In this document: positions 56,665 to 60,802 of the stretch, one piece after another | How the letters are laid out: each line of letters opens with the position of its first letter | Position numbering within the stretch: the first letter of the stretch is position 1 | Notes under the pieces: model-generated | The model's database searches: none | The model's input: the letters and a program-made list of their open reading frames with translations, nothing else | What the model was told of the DNA's origin: nothing | NCBI GenBank assembly: GCA_024692165.1 | Contig: JAILMY010000095.1 | Span: 1-60,802, forward strand | DNA: 60,802 nucleotides | Direction of reading: 5' to 3' | Source: Butyrivibrio sp. | GTDB lineage: Bacteria; Bacillota; Clostridia; Lachnospirales; Lachnospiraceae | Program-made: the position numbers and the translations under genes

Positions 56665-57648
56665 ATGTACGGATTTGGTGATATGATACAGAAATTAAAG
56701 GCAAACCCAAAAACTATCGTATTCCCAGAAGGTTCAGACCCAAGAATTCTTGAAGCTGCTTCAAGATTATTAGCTGGTAATTTCATCAGACCTATTCTTT
56801 TAGGTAATGAGGATGAAATCATCAGATCAGCTGAGGATGCCGGCTACAACATCAGAGGTGCTCAGATTATCGATCCTGATAACTATGATAAGTTCGATGA
56901 AATGGTTGAACAGTTCTGTGAACTCAGAAAGAGCAAGGGAATGACTCCTGAAAAAGCTATCCCTATGCTTAAGCAGACCAACTACTTCGGTACAATGCTT
57001 GTTAAGATGGGCCTTGGTGACTGTCTTCTCGGTGGAGCAACATACTCAACAGCTGATACAGTTCGTCCGGCTCTTCAGATCATCAAGACAAAGCCTGAGA
57101 ACACTATCGTTTCTTCTTGCTTTATCCTTGTTCGTCCATCAGCTACCGGTGAGAACGAAGTTATCGCTATGGCTGACTGCGGTATCAACATCAATCCTAA
57201 CGAGGATGAGCTTGTTGAGATCTGTGGCGAGACAGTTAACTGCGCACAGAGATTTGGTATCTCTCCTAAGGTTGCATTCCTTTCATTCTCAACAAAGGGA
57301 TCTGCTAAGGACGATACAGTAACCAAGATGCAGAACGCTACTATGAAAGCACAGGAGAAGTATCCTGAGATTCCTATCGATGGAGAGCTCCAGTTCGACG
57401 CAGCTGTTTCTCCTCGTGTAGCAAAGCAGAAGGCTCCTGGCTCACCTGTAGCAGGTCACGCCAACACCTTCATTTTCCCTGATATCAACGCAGGAAACCT
57501 TGGATATAAGATTGCTCAGCGTATGGGTAACTTTGAAGCTTACGGCCCTATTCTTCTTGGTCTTAATGCTCCAATCAACGATCTTTCCCGTGGTTGTAAC
57601 GCTATTGAGGTTTATTCAATGGCAATCATCACTGCATCTCTTGCATAA
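56665..57648 (+). CDS. pta: Phosphate acetyltransferase
   Basis: IVFPEGSDPRIL, TADTVRPALQII, ADCGININP, LSFSTKGS, DGELQFDAA, NDLSRGC; AAGGAGG RBS. Confidence 0.96.
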   Translation: MYGFGDMIQKLKANPKTIVFPEGSDPRILEAASRLLAGNFIRPILLGNEDEIIRSAEDAGYNIRGAQIIDPDNYDKFDEMVEQFCELRKSKGMTPEKAIPMLKQTNYFGTMLVKMGLGDCLLGGATYSTADTVRPALQIIKTKPENTIVSSCFILVRPSATGENEVIAMADCGININPNEDELVEICGETVNCAQRFGISPKVAFLSFSTKGSAKDDTVTKMQNATMKAQEKYPEIPIDGELQFDAAVSPRVAKQKAPGSPVAGHANTFIFPDINAGNLGYKIAQRMGNFEAYGPILLGLNAPINDLSRGCNAIEVYSMAIITASLA

Positions 57649-57665
57649 TACAGATCAGACATGAT

Positions 57666-57720
57666 AAAAGAGCTATCGATGTGAATTCTGATATGATTCC
57701 ACTCGATAGCTCTTATTTTT
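57666..57720. terminator. Bidirectional terminator after pta
   Basis: AAGAGCTATCGA..TCGATAGCTCTT stem followed by ATTTTT. Confidence 0.78.
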
Positions 57721-59116
57721 ATGTATTGTGTCTTCTCTCGTGAGTCCTGTAATACTCAGCCTTACTAAAGTACATAGACTCGTCGGCCTGTTTTATAATC
57801 TCATTTATATGTTTCGAATCGCCGGCCCATTTTGATCCAATGGAAATCGAAACCTTTTTACACTTCTGCCTGAATTTTTCCACCATGGAAGCAAAGATAT
57901 CTTCGTCGATCTCCGGAATAATGGCAATAAACTCATCTCCTCCGATTCTATAGGTAAATTTCTTTTTGAATACAGAGGAAAAATGCTTGGCAATATCCTT
58001 TATCAGCTCATCTCCAGCCGTATGGCCAAACTCGTCATTATATACCTTGAGACCGTTGATGTCAGAGTAACATACGCCCACAGAAGTTGACATCTCAGAC
58101 AAAAGAAGCAGAGCCTGATTAAGAGCATATCTGTTGCCCAGTCCGGTTAGACTGTCATGGCTTCCCATATACATCATCTCATCTGTCAAAGCCTTGTTGC
58201 GCATCTCGGCAGCAATAAAGATCGCCACAGTCTCCATCACATCGGCAATGTCCAGAGAAAGATCATTGGAATAGTTATCTGCTACCAGGTATCCAATATG
58301 CTCCCTCTTGTTCTTTAATCCCACAACTACGTACCTTGAAACTCTTCCTGCCAGCACTTCATGGTAAAGAGCTTCATTACTGTTCATCAAAGTTGCAGTG
58401 TCATTCACAACACGCACATTTTTTTCCTTGAGCTGATAATCCCAAAGCCTATAGATATCATACTTTTCAAATTCTTTTTTATCGGGAAGATCAGAGGTTC
58501 TTGCACTATTTAGCCACTCATGAAAATCGTCAAACTGACCGTCTCTTGTTTCCACTACATAGACACGATCAGCCCCAATAGCCTGACCGACTATTTTAAG
58601 AGCTCTACGGATTCCTCTGCCAAATTCAGCCGATGAAACTGCTTTTGCGCAGTCAATGATAAGCTTATCCGTATTGAAGGTAAGCTCAGTGTTCTCTTCA
58701 TTTTTCTTAGCTGCAGTAACATCATGAATAACAAATGCACAAAAGCCCTTTTTATAGACAGGAACAGCCCAAAATTCGAACCATTTATCGAATTGTGAGT
58801 TATATGTCCTTAAGATTAAAGATTGCCTTAAAATGGCCGCCTGATAGCTGTATCTGATCCAGTCCTCGTCCCTGTTGGTAACGGTCCTGAAAAAGGTACT
58901 TCCAACCAGCTCAGGAGGTGTCTTTCCCACCATCTGACCATATTTTTCATTGGCAAAAAGAAACAGCATATCTTTAACTGTTCCGAATGGGTCTGTCAAA
59001 ACCTTAAAAATACAACATGCATCCGGTAAGTCCTTTAGCATGTACAAAATATCACTGGGCGTAAAATCTTCAGATGACGAATACCCTATTTTCCCCTCAT
59101 TACTTATATTATCCAT
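57719..59116 (-). CDS. Cytoplasmic diguanylate cyclase (PAS, GAF, GGDEF)
   Basis: PAS-like N-terminus, GAF-like ADRVYV..GYLVADN, HDSLTGLGNR and YRIGGDEF. Start ATG 59116 after GGAG. Confidence 0.88.
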   Translation of the reverse strand: MDNISNEGKIGYSSSEDFTPSDILYMLKDLPDACCIFKVLTDPFGTVKDMLFLFANEKYGQMVGKTPPELVGSTFFRTVTNRDEDWIRYSYQAAILRQSLILRTYNSQFDKWFEFWAVPVYKKGFCAFVIHDVTAAKKNEENTELTFNTDKLIIDCAKAVSSAEFGRGIRRALKIVGQAIGADRVYVVETRDGQFDDFHEWLNSARTSDLPDKKEFEKYDIYRLWDYQLKEKNVRVVNDTATLMNSNEALYHEVLAGRVSRYVVVGLKNKREHIGYLVADNYSNDLSLDIADVMETVAIFIAAEMRNKALTDEMMYMGSHDSLTGLGNRYALNQALLLLSEMSTSVGVCYSDINGLKVYNDEFGHTAGDELIKDIAKHFSSVFKKKFTYRIGGDEFIAIIPEIDEDIFASMVEKFRQKCKKVSISIGSKWAGDSKHINEIIKQADESMYFSKAEYYRTHERRHNT

Positions 59117-59263
59117 ACACACACTCCGCTTATAATCTGGGATCAAAGGTTGACGATGGTTCAGAAAATGCATGAAATCAAGTGAGTTCAAAGTTAATTA
59201 TATAATAATCTGGGGATGCATGCACTAAATTTTATGAAAATATGATTGAAATCCATGCAATAT

Positions 59264-60217
59264 TTACATGGTAGGTTCACCAAGATATTCCACAAGTTTT
59301 TCTCTTGGAATATCTTCTCCTATGACGATCAAAACTGCCCGAAAACCATTGACCTTATTAGTCATTATTTCATTTCTTGTGGTATTTAATTCATAGAAAT
59401 CCCCAGTATTTGTCTGCACTATACCCTTTATTCTATGTATCCCGTCGCAGCTTTTATCTTCGAATATTTTCCTGGTAATTTCCACCAATTGTTCCATGTC
59501 CATCTTAAAGTCAAAGTAAAAGAAGGTTTGATAGTCATCTTCACCTGAAATTGAAATTTTTACATGGTCGCATCGATTAAATCCACATTTAACTATTGCC
59601 GAATAGCTCTGTTCATTGAGCTTGTCCCATTCTTTATCCACCAGAAGTTTGTCATCAAGTTTTCTGTTGCAGCCAAATTCCTCCATCAAATCCCGGATTC
59701 TTTGCTGAATATCTTCTATCTCCTGCGGAGTGCACTCCTGGGTTCTGCTAAAGACAACTGCCCCCGCCTGTGCAATCTCTGACATAAAAAAATATCCGGA
59801 GATAGCAGACAGGTTTTTCTCCAATTTAGGATTTACTATGGCTATTACGTTGCCTGCTTCATACCAACCGTCAATTGGCTCTTCGTACAAAAGGTCGAAA
59901 AACTCATCTACATCATATATCCCGGAAGGTTCGATGATCACTCTCGTAAAACCCATCATGGCCATAGAGATAAGCTTTGTCTTAAGCCTTCTTTTATGGG
60001 CCACAGCTCCGTCTCCGCCAACCACCATCTCCAGATTACAGCCAAGCTCCTCCAGATTCTTAAGGAGTACCATATCCACATTGATGGCGCCAAAATCATT
60101 CTCAATTATGCAAAGCTTCTCTCCCATATTCAGCAGATACTTCACATAATACCTCATAAAAGTCGTCTTGCCTGAGCCAAGAAACCCAGTTATTAAATCT
60201 AACTTTATCATATTCAT
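59264..60217 (-). CDS. CobW/COG0523-family P-loop GTPase
   Basis: ITGFLGSGKTT, IIENDFGAINVD, IIEPSG, and C-terminal IHRIKG..LIVIGE. Confidence 0.85.
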   Translation of the reverse strand: MNMIKLDLITGFLGSGKTTFMRYYVKYLLNMGEKLCIIENDFGAINVDMVLLKNLEELGCNLEMVVGGDGAVAHKRRLKTKLISMAMMGFTRVIIEPSGIYDVDEFFDLLYEEPIDGWYEAGNVIAIVNPKLEKNLSAISGYFFMSEIAQAGAVVFSRTQECTPQEIEDIQQRIRDLMEEFGCNRKLDDKLLVDKEWDKLNEQSYSAIVKCGFNRCDHVKISISGEDDYQTFFYFDFKMDMEQLVEITRKIFEDKSCDGIHRIKGIVQTNTGDFYELNTTRNEIMTNKVNGFRAVLIVIGEDIPREKLVEYLGEPTM

Positions 60218-60308
60218 ATCCTAAATATTTAAAAATATATTATTTATTTTTCACTCATTATCTATCGCTCCATGGTAATATGTAAATAGGATTCCAAGGA
60301 GGTAGACC

Positions 60309-60802
60309 ATGAAGAAAAGGCTGTTCTCATCGATATTAACTACAGTCCTTCTAGTTGTTTGCACTGCTTGTGGCTCAAATTCTGCCAATGCCGGCAAGAA
60401 CTCCGCAATCACACTAACCATTGCCGCAAGAGATGGCTCTCATTGTGATGTTATAAATGCAGTTAAAAGCAAATTTGAGCAGGAAAACAACTGCACATTA
60501 AATATAATACCCCTTAGTGCGAACGATATCCACGACAAATCTATAGAGGATGCATCCAACTCAGTCGGCGCCTATGACATAATCATGATAGATGACCCGT
60601 TGATGCCTGAGTATATAGAGAAAAACGTTTTATGTAATCTTACACAGCTTGGATATACAGATGATGAGGATTTCGTTGAAAAATCCCGACTTTTGGGAAA
60701 AGACCCGTATCCTTTGGGCGCCACCTATGCACTGCCTTTCTCCGGAAATGTTCAGCTTCTTTTCTATAACGAATCTGTAGTTGGCAGTGACGTTGATCTT
60801 AC
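60309..60802 (+). CDS. Family 1 sugar ABC substrate-binding lipoprotein (partial, runs off the window)
   Basis: Not in the ORF track. AAGGAGG RBS, then MKKRLFSSILTTVLLVVCTACG (lipobox), YDIIMIDDP, YALPFSGNVQLLFYN. Confidence 0.85.
   Translation, partial: MKKRLFSSILTTVLLVVCTACGSNSANAGKNSAITLTIAARDGSHCDVINAVKSKFEQENNCTLNIIPLSANDIHDKSIEDASNSVGAYDIIMIDDPLMPEYIEKNVLCNLTQLGYTDDEDFVEKSRLLGKDPYPLGATYALPFSGNVQLLFYNESVVGSDVDL

Noticed and set aside
59117-59263. Possible c-di-GMP riboswitch upstream of the diguanylate cyclase, and a short repeat ATAATCTGGG occurring twice
   Set aside because: No GEMM-type consensus is visible. A 10-nt repeat in AT-rich DNA is too weak to call.

Overview
Chromosomal 60.8 kb window from a low-GC, saccharolytic anaerobic Firmicute. 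Gene content and style suggest Lachnospiraceae, Butyrivibrio-like; this is inference. I see no rRNA, tRNA, CRISPR array, transposase or prophage. From left to right: a partial MATE transporter, a MoxR-DUF58-transglutaminase triad convergent with a PrsW protease, a GH36 glycosidase, a secreted protein with four repeats, and a signalling block (hybrid kinase plus GGDEF/EAL genes). Next is a YtfQRT-YjfF-like monosaccharide ABC locus with a YesM/YesN-type system. It has two anomalies: an in-frame TGA replacing a Trp in a permease, and a kinase lacking a HAMP domain. A GH2 beta-mannosidase follows, then a ~22 kb glycan-utilisation locus (33.7-55.3 kb). That locus holds GH29, nagA, GH38, GH105, a ROK kinase, an Fe-ADH, an Opp-type ABC importer, nagB, an apparently leaderless AraC regulator and three poorly characterised genes: a lyase-like alpha-toroid protein, a PHP hydrolase and a Vps62/NPP1-like protein. 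Two of its promoters share a 20/22-identical motif at exactly the same distance from their -10 boxes. This locus is the best candidate for an undescribed system, but its substrate cannot be determined from sequence alone. The window ends with pta, a diguanylate cyclase, a CobW-like GTPase and a partial sugar-binding lipoprotein. All family assignments come from motif recognition, not database searches.
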